Source: Saccostrea echinata (taxonomy: Eukaryota). Taken from it: a DNA stretch of 64,000 nucleotides. Below are positions 33,901 to 48,900 of this stretch, piece after piece (position 1 is the first letter of the stretch; every line of letters starts with the position of its first letter). Made by a program: the position numbers and the translations under genes. The DNA is taken from the NCBI RefSeq assembly GCF_033153115.1, contig NW_026889779.1, positions 15,810,001-15,874,000 on the forward strand, given 5' to 3'. Under the pieces are notes generated by a model. That model did not search any database, was not told the DNA's origin, and was given only the letters and a program-made list of their open reading frames with translations.

Positions 33901-36900
33901 AGCTTATTCTGGTATTGTACACTTGTACCTCTTTCCTTAGTATTAATTAATTATTAGTATTATGATATGTAGAAAGGACTTATCAGGGGATTCAAGACTT
34001 CCAGCTGAGGTTGAAAAAAAGGGGGGCACAAACTAATGACAGCAAAACTTGCAATTACTTGTAATTATTTAAAGATATACACGCTATATAAACGCAATTT
34101 TTTATGTGGAAGAAAATGATTAAATGATTTGAGAAACATGAAGGTAATAAAAAATAATTACTTTCCACAAAGTTTTACTAAATAAGTCGTTATAATTACA
34201 AAACAATTAAGCAAGATCTGCAATTAAGAATTCAGCCTATTCATGAATATTGATGAAGGAAGTGCGTAAACAGTATATAGACATGCATGTCTGCGGGAAA
34301 TCATAGACAACAAGGTACGTTGCATTTTGACTACTATTTTGAATAAAAGTTAATATCTGTCATTATAGAGTAGATGGTTAATAATGGTTGTTTTCAAAGA
34401 TAAGTATCTTTAAACATAAAACGTATGCCATCCATGTCAAAAGCTATTTTGTATACCAAACGGCCTACCTTGTTTCCTTGACGCCATTTTTGTTTATCAA
34501 TCTAAAAGTAACGACGGTGTCACATGATGCATGACTTTAAATATAGCATTACTTTCCTAGTAGGATAATAAATAATTATAATTTGAGATCTTTATAATGC
34601 CTTCATTTCAAATTATGTAATTTACAATATTTTCGTAACTTTATTTGGTAAACAAAATAAATAAATTTCCAACTTTATTTTTAACTGATGCAAGTTATAG
34701 CGTGTATATCTTTAAAGTTTAATCACTTGTCTTGAATTTAAGTTTCTTTATTGCTTATTAACAGAAATCAATCTAGAAATTGAAAATTGCTTTAGACTTT
34801 CCTATCTTCTCATTTTATCCTCAGTGAGAAGGGGGGGGGGGGGTGCCCTGTGCGGAACCACCACTTTGTATGAAAAAAATATTTCATAAAGAAAACTGAA
34901 AAGAAAATATTGGGACAGCTCTTATTCTTTCTGCGGGTAAGACCTTTTTAAGCAAGTTTTTGTTGAATAAAATCAATCTTGCGCTGATTGTAGGACAATA
35001 AGACAAGGATAAATGAACACCTATACATGTGTTTCACTTAGGAATCAGCAATTAATATAAACGCAGCTCTACTCTTTTTATCAACCATAAAAACCATTAT
35101 GTGCAATTATATCGAAAGTGGGTATTTTACACTATATAGTTATATGCTAAAAACGAGTATTTGCTCATGTTTGATCCTTTTGTACTTTTACATGGAAAAT
35201 AATCATATAATTTTCGCAGATTTTTATCTTCAAAAATTCAAGATATTTGGGAGAGAAATATTCGAATATTTTGCAAAAGAAGAAAGGGGGGAGGGGGGGT
35301 CTAGCAAATACTGATAAATATATAATAATGAACAGGGCTGATTTATTTTCTGCTCTAGCCTTAAATTAGTGATTTTTTAACAGATTTATCTTTCTTAAGA
35401 ATATTTTTTTTTGAAATGTATTCCATATTACTCCAAAGAAACCAACATTTAGGGCGACAATGTTTTGATGAGTTCTGTTTACTAAATAAACAATTCTGAT
35501 AAGTTGCAACACGCCTTTTCAATAAATCTAGAATTTTCTGTGTTTCTGTTTCGAAAACGACATTCAAATTATTGTTACAAATGAGTAAATGGATTAGAAA
35601 CAAGTCATTCCAACTTTTGACTTCCTCCGTTTTTCCAAATCATTTAGATCTTTTATATGTTAAAATACTCGCAAGTTTAGGATCTAAGAATTTCGCATTA
35701 AAAGTCTATTTCCATATAAACAAAATGTTTTGCAATTACTTCTATCCAGTTATTGAATTACATTGCAACCCTTACAGTTTAGAAACATTCGTTTTAAGAT
35801 CATTTCAGGTATCTTTCTATTTTCTTCTGACAGCCCCCTTCCCCACTTTGAAAAACAAACTTCGTGCCTGGATGCGCATTCCAAAGATGAGCTTAATATT
35901 TGCAGGCGTGTAGGAAAAAGTCCGGAAAACTAAGTTGGACAGGCTATCGTCATTTGAAGCAAGTCATATGTTTTTTAATGATGTTCAATACTCAATACTT
36001 ACATGTAACTTACATGTAACTAGGAGCGATGCATCGCACAAAAATGTGTTCAAGGGATAGAAATACAAAGTTCCTTCTTAAAAAATATAATAGCATAGGG
36101 ACCAGGTAGAGTGAAAACTTTCCGAGACAGTCACACAGATTATTTTTACTGTACATGTATCTATAAAATTCAATCAGTTGCCATCAAGACTGCGATGTGA
36201 AATCAATTTCCAACTGCTCTTAATTGTCTTAAATTAATTATGAAGTTTGTTAGTAAGATAAATGTCCATCCCAATTAATACTAGTTTTAATTCAAAGTTA
36301 CATATGTAAAATCGCTCAAAATAATTTTTCCACCTACGACGTTACGTTTCAAAAAAATGACATTCTACTAGCATTTTTCTTTTAAAACACCGTCATACTT
36401 TAAACTCTCTTTTTCAAAAAATATAATCGATATCAAAAAAAAGAAAAATGGCAAAGAAAAGCTAAAAGTCTACACTATCAATTAACAAAACCCCGTTACT
36501 TTTTGAGACAGGGCCATTTTTTATGGTTCGTGGCTCTTGCTCTTTGTTAAATAAAGGTGTAGTTAATACACTGTACATTAAAAAATATTTTTTTCAGAAA
36601 CAACACAATCCTGATTTCCATGTTTTCTTCACCTTTAGGACCCTGGGGTCCAGTTTCTCCCCTCTCTCCCTTCTCTCCTGGGACTCCAGGTGCACCAGGT
36701 AGGCCAGGCTCTCCATCCACCTGCCCAGATCCCTCTGCAATTCCTGGGAGTCCTGGGGCTCCTGGGAGACCACGCAGTCCTTGTTCTCCTCGTTCTCCTT
36801 TCTGACCGGGCAGTCCTGGGAGACCATCTTTTCCTGGAAGTCCCTGAGGTCCCTCTATAGATTCACCTGGTTCACCCTGGTAATTATATTCATGATTCAA

Positions 36901-39900
36901 AAGATTTGCAAATACAAAATAGTAAATAATTATTAGTAAACAAAATACATATAATACTGAGCATAGATGTCAAGGAATGACATTAAATTTGAAAGTCTCG
37001 TTTTTTCTTACAAGAGAAGTTTGATGATAATAATTATAACTGAGCTAAATGCAAGTACTGATGTGGAGGGTATAATTGATGTATTAGCAATGTCAATTTA
37101 TAGAAAATTTTTGCTTTGCAGTCAAGCCATATGATGCTGTACTAAATATTTCAACAGTACTTCAACATAAAATGCATCCTTTGAAAAATTATTTTTGAAA
37201 TATGATAATGTCACAAAATATTTTTAAGTACTAAGTAAATCCCATAGTTTAAACAACTTTCTCTCAAATATCCAAGTACATGTACATGTATCATAATTCA
37301 AAGTCCACACCTTAAGACCATTGGGTCCCATTGGTCCAAGCAAGCCATCACTACCAGGTAACCCAGGAAGTCCAGTATCCCCTCGCAGACCCATATCCCC
37401 CTTTTCACCTCTGTCTCCCTTCTCTCCTTTCTCCCCATTGCTTCCTGACCCTGGAAGTCGGGTTTCAATGTAATCTGTGATATCCTTCATGTTGATGACA
37501 GCAGGTGCCCCGGGATCTCCTTTAGGTCCCTGTACACCAATTCCTGGGACTCCCTAAGAGTATCAAAATATAAGAAATTTTTTTTTCCTAATATAAAAAC
37601 AGATATGTCTCTCCCCTTCCCAATTATAAGGCAGTTCATTATGATCTTCTTGACATGTCAGTGAAACAATGTAAAAATAAAATATCTTGTGCAATGGTTA
37701 ACAACATACATGTATTTGGAACTTTTTAAATTAATATGTCTCTTCTTGTAAGGATAGACACTAATATTATCTCTCCTCCTTCAAGGGAGAGGACATAGAT
37801 AATAATAAAGCAGGAGAGATAATGTACAAATTCAAAATCAATCTTTAGAGATATATTTTGAGTTAATTACTGGTAAAAGTCCAATTCTTCACTTCACAGG
37901 AAAACAAAATTACCCATTATTTATAATGCAATGAAACCAAACAAAAACGTACACAAAAACCTGTTATTAGTTATTTTGAAAGAATCGACAAGAGTTGCCC
38001 TCTGTTATTGTAAACTGCAAAAAGATTTTTCAGTTTAACTATTGGGGCAATGAAAAAAGAGAACTTTCTCATAATCAATTTGATAGATTCACTACATGAT
38101 AACCATATTTGTTATAAACATGCTAAATACATTATTTGGTCCAATCACAGAGACAGCAAAATAACATTTGTTTTAGAAGTCTAATAACATAAGCTTACTG
38201 GTCTGCCTGCTTCCCCTGGTTCACCCTTTTGGCCTGGTTCTCCATCCCTGCCTGGAAGTCCTATTTCACCAGCAGGTCCCTCTGCACCATCAGCACCAGG
38301 TAAACCAACATCTCCCCTAGGACCTTGCAATCCAGGTTCTCCCTTCTCACCTAAGGTGTAAGATAGATTTTATTTCTCTTTTGAGTCTCTTTACCTCTCA
38401 GGAAACTACATGTAGATACGAGAAAAATTTTCACAAGATGACATTAATGAATTTAATAACTTTTTCTACTTGCAATTGAATTCCCCCAATAGAAAATATA
38501 CAAAAGTTAAGAGGGAAACATTTTGTAATACTATAAACCCCTGTTACGGTACAATCTCAGTCCAAATGGCCATCATACAAAAAAGTACTGATTCACTGTT
38601 TATCTATACCACTTAAAAATACCTTAATTCTAATTTGACAAATTGTTTCTTAAGAAACAGACCAAGTGGCAAACAGTCACCAGATTAACTCAGTGACCTA
38701 TTTAATGCTTCCTGCTTACCTTTCTGTCCAGCACCTGCAGGTTCTGAGGCATTGCCAGGTAATCCCTGATCTCCCTTTTCTCCTTTAAAACCCCTATCCC
38801 CACGCTCACCCTTTTCTCCCTTGATAACTGAAGGTGGGGGCTGAAAAAAAATTAAATCATCACGGAGAATTTATGACCCCAATGGTCAATAGATGTATGC
38901 TACAGTTTTCAAAATGACTACAACAAGAGGCTCATGGGCCACATCGCTCACCTGAGCACATTGGCTAGGAAAAAGCACAAATCAGTTCAGTATTGAAAAG
39001 TTTACATGGGGGGGGGGGGGGGGCTTGAATTTTAAACTATCTGAGGATGCTTCCACATCATTATAACAAAGGGCTTTGCTATTCTTGTATATTCCTTAGC
39101 AAAAATTTGATCCCCCATTGTGGCCCCTCCCTATCCCCAGGGGTCATCATTTGTACAAACTTGAATCTTCACTACCTGAGGATGCTCCCATATCAATAAG
39201 ACTAAACATGGCTTTTCTGTTCATGAGAAGATTTTTTCCTGTATATTCTTATGTAAAACTTTGATCCCCCATTGTGGCCCCATCCTACCCCTGGGGGTCA
39301 TGATTTGAACAAACTTGAACCTATACTACCTGAGTATGTTCCTATGTCAATATGACTAATCATGGCTTTGCTGTTCTTGAGAAGAAGATTTTTTTCATAT
39401 ATTCTTTTGTAAAACTTTGATCTCCCATTGTGGACTGACCCTACCCCCAGGGGTCATCATTTGAACGAACTTGAATCTACACTACCTGAGTATGCTACCA
39501 TATCAATTAGACTAATCATGGCTTTGCTGTTCTTGAGAATAAGATTTTTAAAAATTTTTCCTATATATTCCTATGTAAAACTTTGATCCCCCATTGTGAC
39601 CCCACCCTACCCTCAGGGGTCATGATTTGAGCAATTTTGAATCTACACTACCTGATGATGCTTCCATATCAATATGACTGATCACAGCTTTGTTGTTCTT
39701 GAGAAGAAGATTTTTTTTAAAAAAAATTTCCTATGTATTCCTATGTAAAATTTTGATCCCCTATTGTGGCCCCATCCTACCCTCGGGGGTCATGTTTTGA
39801 ACAAAATCGAATCTACACTATGTCATGAAGGTTTCCCATAAATTTCAACTTTTCTGGCTTAATGGTTCTTGAGAAGAAGATTTTTGAAAGATGACACCAA

Positions 39901-42900
39901 ATTTTCACTAATTCTTAATTATCTCCCCTTGAAATGGGGTGTGGCCCTTTATTTGAATAAACTTGAATCCCCTTCATCCAAAGATGCTTTGTGGCAAGTT
40001 TGGTCAAATTGGCCCAATGGTTCTTGAGAAGAAGTTGAATATTCTAAATTTTTTTCCTCATCGAACTTGTGGCTATGGCAAGAATTTTATACTTCCAAAA
40101 CCAGTGACCTTGACCTTGTCCAAATTACCCTGGGTTAGGGTCAAGATGTTCCCTTGAATTACAAGCACCCTTGGTCTCAAATATAAGCTTTTACAGTTTA
40201 TCTACTTCAAAGTTGTGACAAAAACAATAATTTAATACTTTAATAACCTGTAACCTTGACCTTATCCAAATTTACCTCAGTACTAGGCCAAGGCACATTA
40301 CTGGTCACAAACTACCTTTCCATTAGGTATGAGCCTATGAAGTTTCTTGGTTACAAAGTTATACCAAGACAAGAATTCCACACTTCTTATTCTTGTCAAA
40401 GTCACATATGACAGGAATGAATTTACTTTGTAGAGCAGAGGCAACGATAAAACATCACAACCATTGAAAATCTCACACTCACAGGCCGTATTGTGTAGTA
40501 TTTTTCAATTCTCGCATTGTTTATATTTTCACTTATATATTGCTGCGCTACTCTATAACTTCACATTTCAATGAAGTTATTGCATGCCTATTTAAAATGT
40601 ACATATATATAGCTTGTTAATGATACATGTACTTGTATTACATAATGCTTATTTGAAATAATCATTACTCCAATATTATTACCACAGTTTTGTAAACATA
40701 TACAGTAAATGTTCAGGTATCTGAACCTCTGACTCTTTGACCTTTACTTACAGGAGTTATGATAGGTGGGATAATTTCTGGTGCATCTGTTGTCCCTGAA
40801 CCTGAAGATCCACTACCATATAACTGTAAAAATGAAAAATGCATTCATTTTTACTTAATAAACCTATAAAAATGTCAATGACATGTCACTAAGCAGCAAT
40901 TTTTAAGCTTGATCATCTGAAATTTACTTCTAATGTCACTAGAGTTACAATAGACATAGCTTTAGAATTCCCTCCTGTGAACCTTCAGTAATATTTTGCC
41001 ACTTGTTTTATTTAATTCTAAAACTAAATTCCTGTAATTTTCCTGATTCAGAACATAAATCATATAGTGTTGAATCTTGATCTGTGATCCTGTACCTGGT
41101 CTTCACAATCAAAATTCTCTGCCTCCGCTGGATCTGCATAAATCTTCAGCTCCTGAATGACTCCCTACAATAAAAACAGTTAACAAACTGAAACTCAACA
41201 TGTCATTTTATCTGATCTAAAGTAAAGAAGACAAGAGTCAGGTTTTGTAGAGAAGTGTGCTTCTGACAAGAATTGCTATTCAAGAGCCAAAAATCTGTCT
41301 GATGAGTTCTGTACCTAATCATAAAATTTCTTCAGTGTCATTTTGTACTCAAAATTTTTGTTTCATGACTAAAATGCTGAGAAAGGAAGCAAGTGGGTAT
41401 TAACTGATGTATAGGTTCTATAAATCAGGACAAAAATGTAAACAATGTCTGTTTGATTACATGCTTTGGAGGAATCTCTCGGTTTTTTTTTTTTTTTTTT
41501 TTTGGCAGTTTCATAACAATGGTATGAAGAAAATAGTGGTGACTAAATGGAAATTTATACATGTATCAGGAATTCAATGAAGATGGTATAAATGAAATAC
41601 TGAACAAACTTAGCAAGTTATAGTTTTATTATATAAGACTGAAAAAATCAGATCTCTTGCTCCAAACCTCCTCTTTAAGTCTGCTACAGGTTTAGTCAAT
41701 TCTAGACTGCAGGAAATACAAATCATGACAATACACTTACATAACTAGAGTTACATCCCTTTCTATTACCTTATTCTGCAATGATGACATAAACATTTGA
41801 GGAATAGCTGGGTATGCCAAGACATTAACAATAGTTGGAAACATGGAATAATTTGCATAACAGGCATCCCAGGAAATTGACATGCATATTAGGCACTTGA
41901 TCTTTCACTTGGCAAAATTTACATTCAGTTGATCAACACACTTAACTTTCTCTAAGTTATCAAAGAAAAAAAGTTGGAAATGTAAATATTACTTTACCAA
42001 CAGATAAAATTAATACAAATGACTTACTGTATATGTATTGTCGAAATTGTCTCCACCTTGTCCGATATACAAATTAGCTCCATCTTCTACATCTAACGGT
42101 CCATTTTTTCCTGTTACTGTTTTAGTTTCAACTTTGGCACAATTTTTGTATAACGTCACCTTATCACCTTCTACTTTTAAAGACAATCTGGTCCACTTGT
42201 TATAAAAATCTCCAATGTCAAAAGACACTAACTGATTAGACGATGGTGCAAACCGAACATCTGCAGTATAGTATAAAATTAATTTGTTCGTTGTCAATTC
42301 TATGCCAAACTGTACTATAGTGTTATAAAGATTTTTCACTGCGAATAAAAATCCACCAGTTCTTTTGTTTGGTTTTATAGTTATGCCAACTGCAAAGTCT
42401 TTAAAAATTTGGTTTTTGAAAAATGCTTTTGCAGGCTCCTTGATGTGAGCACTGTCTTTTATTTCAAAGGCCGGGTAACCATCCATTCCGCTGGCATAGC
42501 TTACCCCCCTCTTTTCACCTGGGACACCAATGGCCCCCAGTAAATCTATGTTAGCATCTATAAAAAAGAAATAAAAAGTTCATATTAAAGCATTCTGAAA
42601 GAGTTGTGCAGCAAAGCATGCCCTCTAACGTCTTGCAAAGTATTTACTTATAATGCCAAAAGTCTAAGTTTATTAAAAATTATGAATATAAGAATATTCA
42701 ATATGTTATATACCCTCTTAACATCTCTACTTTTCAAGAAGGGCAGATAAAGACTGGGTATCACAGTTTTTATGGTTTAGGTGTGCTTTATAGACATCTG
42801 GTTATAGGCTTGTAGTCATACTATCAGCACTCTCGTTTACATGTAAAATCCCCCTCCCCAAATATGCTAAGCAGAAATATTCATTCAATTTGTTAGTACC

Positions 42901-45900
42901 ATTTATCAACAAAAATCCCTAACATAATTTTTACAAAGAAATATCTTAATATACAGTTATTCTTGAAACAACAGTATTAGGCCATAATAAAAAAAAATTC
43001 CTAGATTCTCTTCCCCACCCAACCCCCATTTTTAACTCCGCCTCAATTTTTTTTTTTTTAATTTGTTTTTCTTTGTTTTTGTTCTGATCGGGATTGGTAT
43101 TCATGCAACTACCATTCAACTTTTGTTTTAAATCCCATAGAATGTCAGCGTGATTATGACAGCTTACAAGGTGACTGATCAGGTCAATAAAAAATCTGCA
43201 CAATTGAAGAAATAAAAAATATAAAATAAAATCTGCCTGCCCGCCTCAATTTTTCAAAAAATGTGGATGAGTATCTAAGATTTTTTTATAATCATGGCCT
43301 TAAGTCCTGGTCCATAGATTCATTTTAGATCACATATCAGTGAATTTTTTTAAACCCCCCCCCCCATTTTCTGCTTTTACAGTATATAAGTTTATATATA
43401 CCAGTATATAAACTGCAAAAATGATCATAAAAAATAAAGAAATATAACATGAAACAGACTTCAAACAGTATTTAAATTTAAATGAATCAACAAAAATGCC
43501 CTAATTTTGTCATGCAGGGTCAAAATTCCACAACTTCAGAACTCTAGCTAATCTATACACCGTAGAGATCCAATATCTGATGACTTAAAAAAAATCCAAA
43601 TACCAGAATTTCTATATTTATATTTTTTGGTCACTAAATGGCCATATATCCATAAAACAGAGATGGAATCCTTGAAAAACTCAAAATTCATCGACAACTC
43701 TGCTAAATGCTGATCAGTAGTGTATACCTAATCTTATCTTTCGATGTAAAAAATATGAATAATTATACATATCAATGTATATCATACATCTCAATGACCT
43801 AAATGTATATAAAGAAATACTACAGTAAAACTCATTTAGTACACACACGATTTTTTCTGGATATAACAATTCAAAAGTTTTTTAAGATCCCTGCAAAATT
43901 CTTAACAATTCCTTGTAAAATTTATGGGTTAATTATAATGAATTTGAATATAGCGAATTTATGGATAAAGTGAACTGATTTTGTGTCCAGAGGAGGTTAA
44001 AAATAAAATTAATATTAAAATGTTCAAAGATCACAATATCTTTAAATACTGAATGACATTATTTTTTGTAACTATAATGTATACTTTAACAAATTTGTTA
44101 TACAGATATAACAAATTACGGTATATAGCAAATTGATTTGAAGTCTCCAGGACTTTGCTAAAGCCGAGTTTTACTCTAGTAAAATTGGATGTACATCATA
44201 TGAATGTTATAAATATATTAATTAGTTTCCCCTAATGTGATAATTCACAGCTTGATAATGATTTCAACAATCAATGCATGCACACATTTGCTTGTTCCTC
44301 AAGTTCATCTTTGCAAAATGGGGCCAACTAGCTCTTCTTGAATGGAGACCAAAGAATTGTTACTTTTTTACTAGATTTTGCTGGTATTTAAAAACTAATC
44401 AGAAATTACCTGGGCAAGCATCATGTTCATTACCTAGTAGATATGGTAACATCATGTGGTTCAAATGCACTTTAGATAAATCACCATTATGAACATAAAT
44501 TGATTTTATTAAAACACACCCAGTTCACTGTGCATCATAAGAATTCAGAAACTGTCATTTCCTTCAACTTGTCTAGTAGCTATTAACCTTTACTTTTCAG
44601 AACATCTTGTAAGGAGAAACTCTTTTTTTATGTGCTAGACAGTTCCTCCCACACAAGGATATTTTGCATTAAAATCTCTGATTTTGATAAATTTGTTTCA
44701 TAAAAATTCAAAACAGCACGGTCTTTGAAAACAATAGCCTCAATGGTTCAAAAGACACTGTAGGTACCACACAGAGAGAGAGAGAGAGAGAGAGGGAGAG
44801 CTAGAGGTCTCTCACTGCTGGAAATTCAAGTCTTCAAATTACTCAGTTAAGTAAATAATCTTGTCATAATTTATTCGTATAAAATTTTAAATCTAAGTCA
44901 GTGGTTTCCCTAGGCTAGGTGCAATACCAGGACACTTTAGTACATGGGATTTAACAGACAGAGGGTGTTGCAACCAATGTAAATACAGACAGCCAGACAC
45001 TGTGACCCTAACATCAAACTGCGTACGCCGTGTTAAAACCACACAGGTATTCAAATCTTAAACAAATTATTGCTACCTGGAATACCTAATACTTCTTATT
45101 TAAAGGCTCTTATAGGAGACCTTAAACAAATACTTTATGGGACAGGAAAGTGCTTGTACATGGTATTGGTTTTGAAATTCATCCAAAAGCATATATTTTT
45201 CAAATCAGAAAAAAAGATCTTTGAAAGGTCAGTTGTATTTATTAAATTGCAAATAAATGTGCAGAAAACTTGATAACTTTGGTCCTTTTTTCTGCCATAT
45301 CAATGGGTTTTACCAACATGACTCAATACAGTTTTCAACCAAATCAAAGCCAGTTTATGTGTCAGTCTAGTCAAAACCAGCTCTTTCCACTCCCTCAATG
45401 AAATTTTAATGCCTCGGAGAAGTTTAAACTTTCTTTTATACACTATAATTTTCAATACAACTATTACTTAATTTCAAAAGTCCTTTTGATACTCATGACC
45501 TGATGAAGCCCCCATGAAAACTACCCATTCATGATTTATAAACCCTAACAAAATTGATTATTATGGAATGATAAGAGAGTCAGAGACAATTTCTGTGAAC
45601 ATCAATGCTTGCAATCATCCATGGGCTATAAACTCTAAATGCTTCCTATGCATTCAATGCACCATTTATTAACACTCACATTCCAAATATCTTATCAATA
45701 AATGGGATACCTCTGCACACAAGACATAAAGCAATACTTCATACTTCTCCTCTCTGTTGGGCTTTTAACAGTAATCTTTTTCCCCCCAAGGCAGACTGGG
45801 TTTATGGGTAAAACCTGACTTAGGGCAGCAGGTTTTAGCATCAAACACCTGATTCCATTTCCTCCCCTGCTCTCTGGATTCTTCCATCAAGAAGTGATTA

Positions 45901-48900
45901 GGTTACAATATAATTCTTGTTTACCTCCCCACAGGTGGCAACAAAAAACAAACACAAAGTTTTCTTGAATCATGTTGCAGTGGTTTGCTGGTCGTTCACA
46001 TATTAATGCTTTCTGCTCAAAGTTCAATCACTGTCTGCTGACCGAATAAACAGCTTTCTGACTGAAAATGTCGGCACGTTATTAAGATTAAATGTATCCA
46101 ATGGAGAAAATACAAGCTCTGTATCTTATCAAAGTTTGAAAGTTTTTGTAGAAAACTTTTGTCATCTTTCTACTACTACATTCGTACACTGGACAAGGAA
46201 ATTGTTTTGGCAAAGCTTTTCAAATAAGCATTTTTTTTGGGGGGGGGGGGGGGGGGGGGGGGAGGAGATGCAATCTCTGCACTTCTTTAAGATAAACTAT
46301 CACCTTTTAAATCTGCTAATGTGAGACCATTTTGAAAATATAATATCATTTATCACTCTTTTCTGTGCAATTTTACACATGCAGTCCTTCATTGACATTT
46401 TTATACATTAATGTATACAACTGAACTACTAATCTTGAACTTTGATATCTCAAATACAAGGGATATATTGAAGTGAGTTAAAAGTCCCACCTACTTCTCC
46501 ATTATATATTAGTTTTTTTTTTTTTGGTCCTATTGAGTTCGAGATAAGGTAGTTTGACTGTATAGTGCATGGCTATATTCAATTTTTCAGATGTTTAATA
46601 ATTAAGGATATAATTAAAATCATTTGTATTAAACTTAGTTTTATCTCTGTACTTAAAGGTTTAAAGAAATAAAGCCATTTATGTAAAATTAATCATCATT
46701 GCATACTTCTTTGCAGAGCTCATTAGTTTTTTCCTTATTCATCATGGTGAATTTCTAAGAGAACTGCTAGCTGTAAGGAAACAGAGCAGGTCACGTACCT
46801 ATTAATTTGACTAAAAATAAAATTGTATCATAATCTTGTGTAGTGATTATCCATAGATACCTGTAAACTAGCTAATGCAGATAGCTGATACAGCCATTGT
46901 TGCAAAATTTTAATTTCTCAAAAAAAAAAAAAAATTAATATTCTTTTTTACAATCCAGAAGTGTAACAAGTTGAATAATCTAAAAAAAATAATTTATAGT
47001 TACTCTGGTTTTAATTCATAATGCATATCAACAGATGTTCAAATTAAATTTTATGCAAAAAGATCTTTCTTGAAGGAAAGCAAGATAGCTAGCCGTTACA
47101 ATTTTCTGACTGATTCATTCATGTACCTTATTATAATAAATCTTTTAGGCCCCTCACATTTTGTATGAATTTCTCACACTAGTTTTATATTCAAAATATA
47201 ATAGGCTATTATACATTTTGAGATTATCATGGCCTCAAATTAGCTCTAGAGTAAGGTCATTGACCATCTACATTTAAATTTGAATCTATGTCATCTATAA
47301 TTAAATGTTGTGGAAATGAATAGACAGTGGAACTGTTTAGCAAATCATTATGCCATTTAAGTGTCAGTGTTTAAAATGAGATGTTTAAATAAAAATTTCA
47401 CAATTATATGTTGAGTCTGACCCCTTTCCTCAAAACCTGTGAAATACGACCTTAGTGTTATCTTCACTTCCTATCTCTTTTATTCAATTGTCTCATTAAA
47501 AGAGAAAAAATGTTGATTCCAACATACTTAACACATAATGTCTTTCATATTATTTGACATTTTTAATTCAATGGTGAAATACTTATATTAGCTAGCTCAG
47601 TTTAGTATATTCTCTTCTAACAACCATTATTGTGCTGACAATGGCACAATTTGAGGTTAATCAAATGTAAAATTAGGTCAATTTAATAGATTTTCATGAT
47701 TCGGACATTTTTACAATCAATGTGAGATGACACAAGCACAATATTTAATTCATCAAATTCATGCAATACCTGGTATATAATCAAATATACACTAAGCATT
47801 CACAAAAGCTACAAATCCCTATGAATTTGTTCATTTGTAATTATATGCACCAACAGAGATTTGATAAGGATGACTGTCACAGTCAGCAATCTCCAGGGAT
47901 TCAAGGACCAAAGTCAGGATTTTTTTGAAAAAGGAATCCCTATACAACATTGTTTTAAATCTGCTGTTGTCATTACTGCTGGTTTTAAATAAAGTTACAG
48001 AACAACCAATTAGTAACTTGATCTATTTTAGTCGGATCTCTCATTTATTGCATAACATGGTTGTCCCTTGCAAGTCTTCCAATCTGATGACAGAAGGCAG
48101 GCCAGGTACACAAAGATTTTGATAGCTCTAATCTTGTAGATAAGAAAAGCAATATTGTTGACAGTTACACTCCTAAAGTGCAGTAGAACAGCTACTGATT
48201 CTAAACTCCTGGTCTTTTTGAGGATTTCCAAGGTAGATAAACACAGTATGTTTCAGCAAAGTTGTGCATTTTTTTTTATCTGTACAGGAATGTCATTATT
48301 GGTTTTATCCTCAAAAAATGTCACAAAAATAGGATTGGTACCAGTACTTCAGTGTCTGTTGAAAGAGCCAGCTAGATAACCTTTCAACAGTCTCTAATAA
48401 ATTTATATTTTTTTGTACAAAGGTAACATACTCAAGTGCTAAAAAATGTATCAGGTGTCCCAATGCAGGTCAATATATAAAAAAACCTTATTCTAATTAT
48501 TGTCTAATATTAATCCCAAATTAATTAACATATATATCAAATTGTTGTGCAAATTTTTTCCTGTTGTTTTAGAGCACTGGGAATTCTTGTGGTCTCTGAA
48601 TGTTCAAATTCTGCAAATCAAGAATCAGAACTGACAGGTGTAGAAGAAATGATTGCACCTGTACATTCATGAGACATGGATCAAATTTCCACAGAAAGTT
48701 AAGGTTTACTTGTTCACCTGTCCGTCACTTAAAAAGACCTGGCACAAAGTGTTAAAAATCAACTACCTTCTTTTCACTTCTTCCATACTTGGGTCAATGC
48801 TTCTGACTCATGAAATCAAATACGGTGTGAAAACCTGAACTGACATATGAACTAAATTTGCGATAAAAGACGTAAAATCATAAATAACACTTCTCTTGAG

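Noticed and set aside
30221-36827. Alternative-frame and antisense ORFs over the collagen exons (e.g. 30722..30934, 30781..31014, 36620..36805)
   Set aside because: Shadows of GC-rich Gly-X-Y codons.
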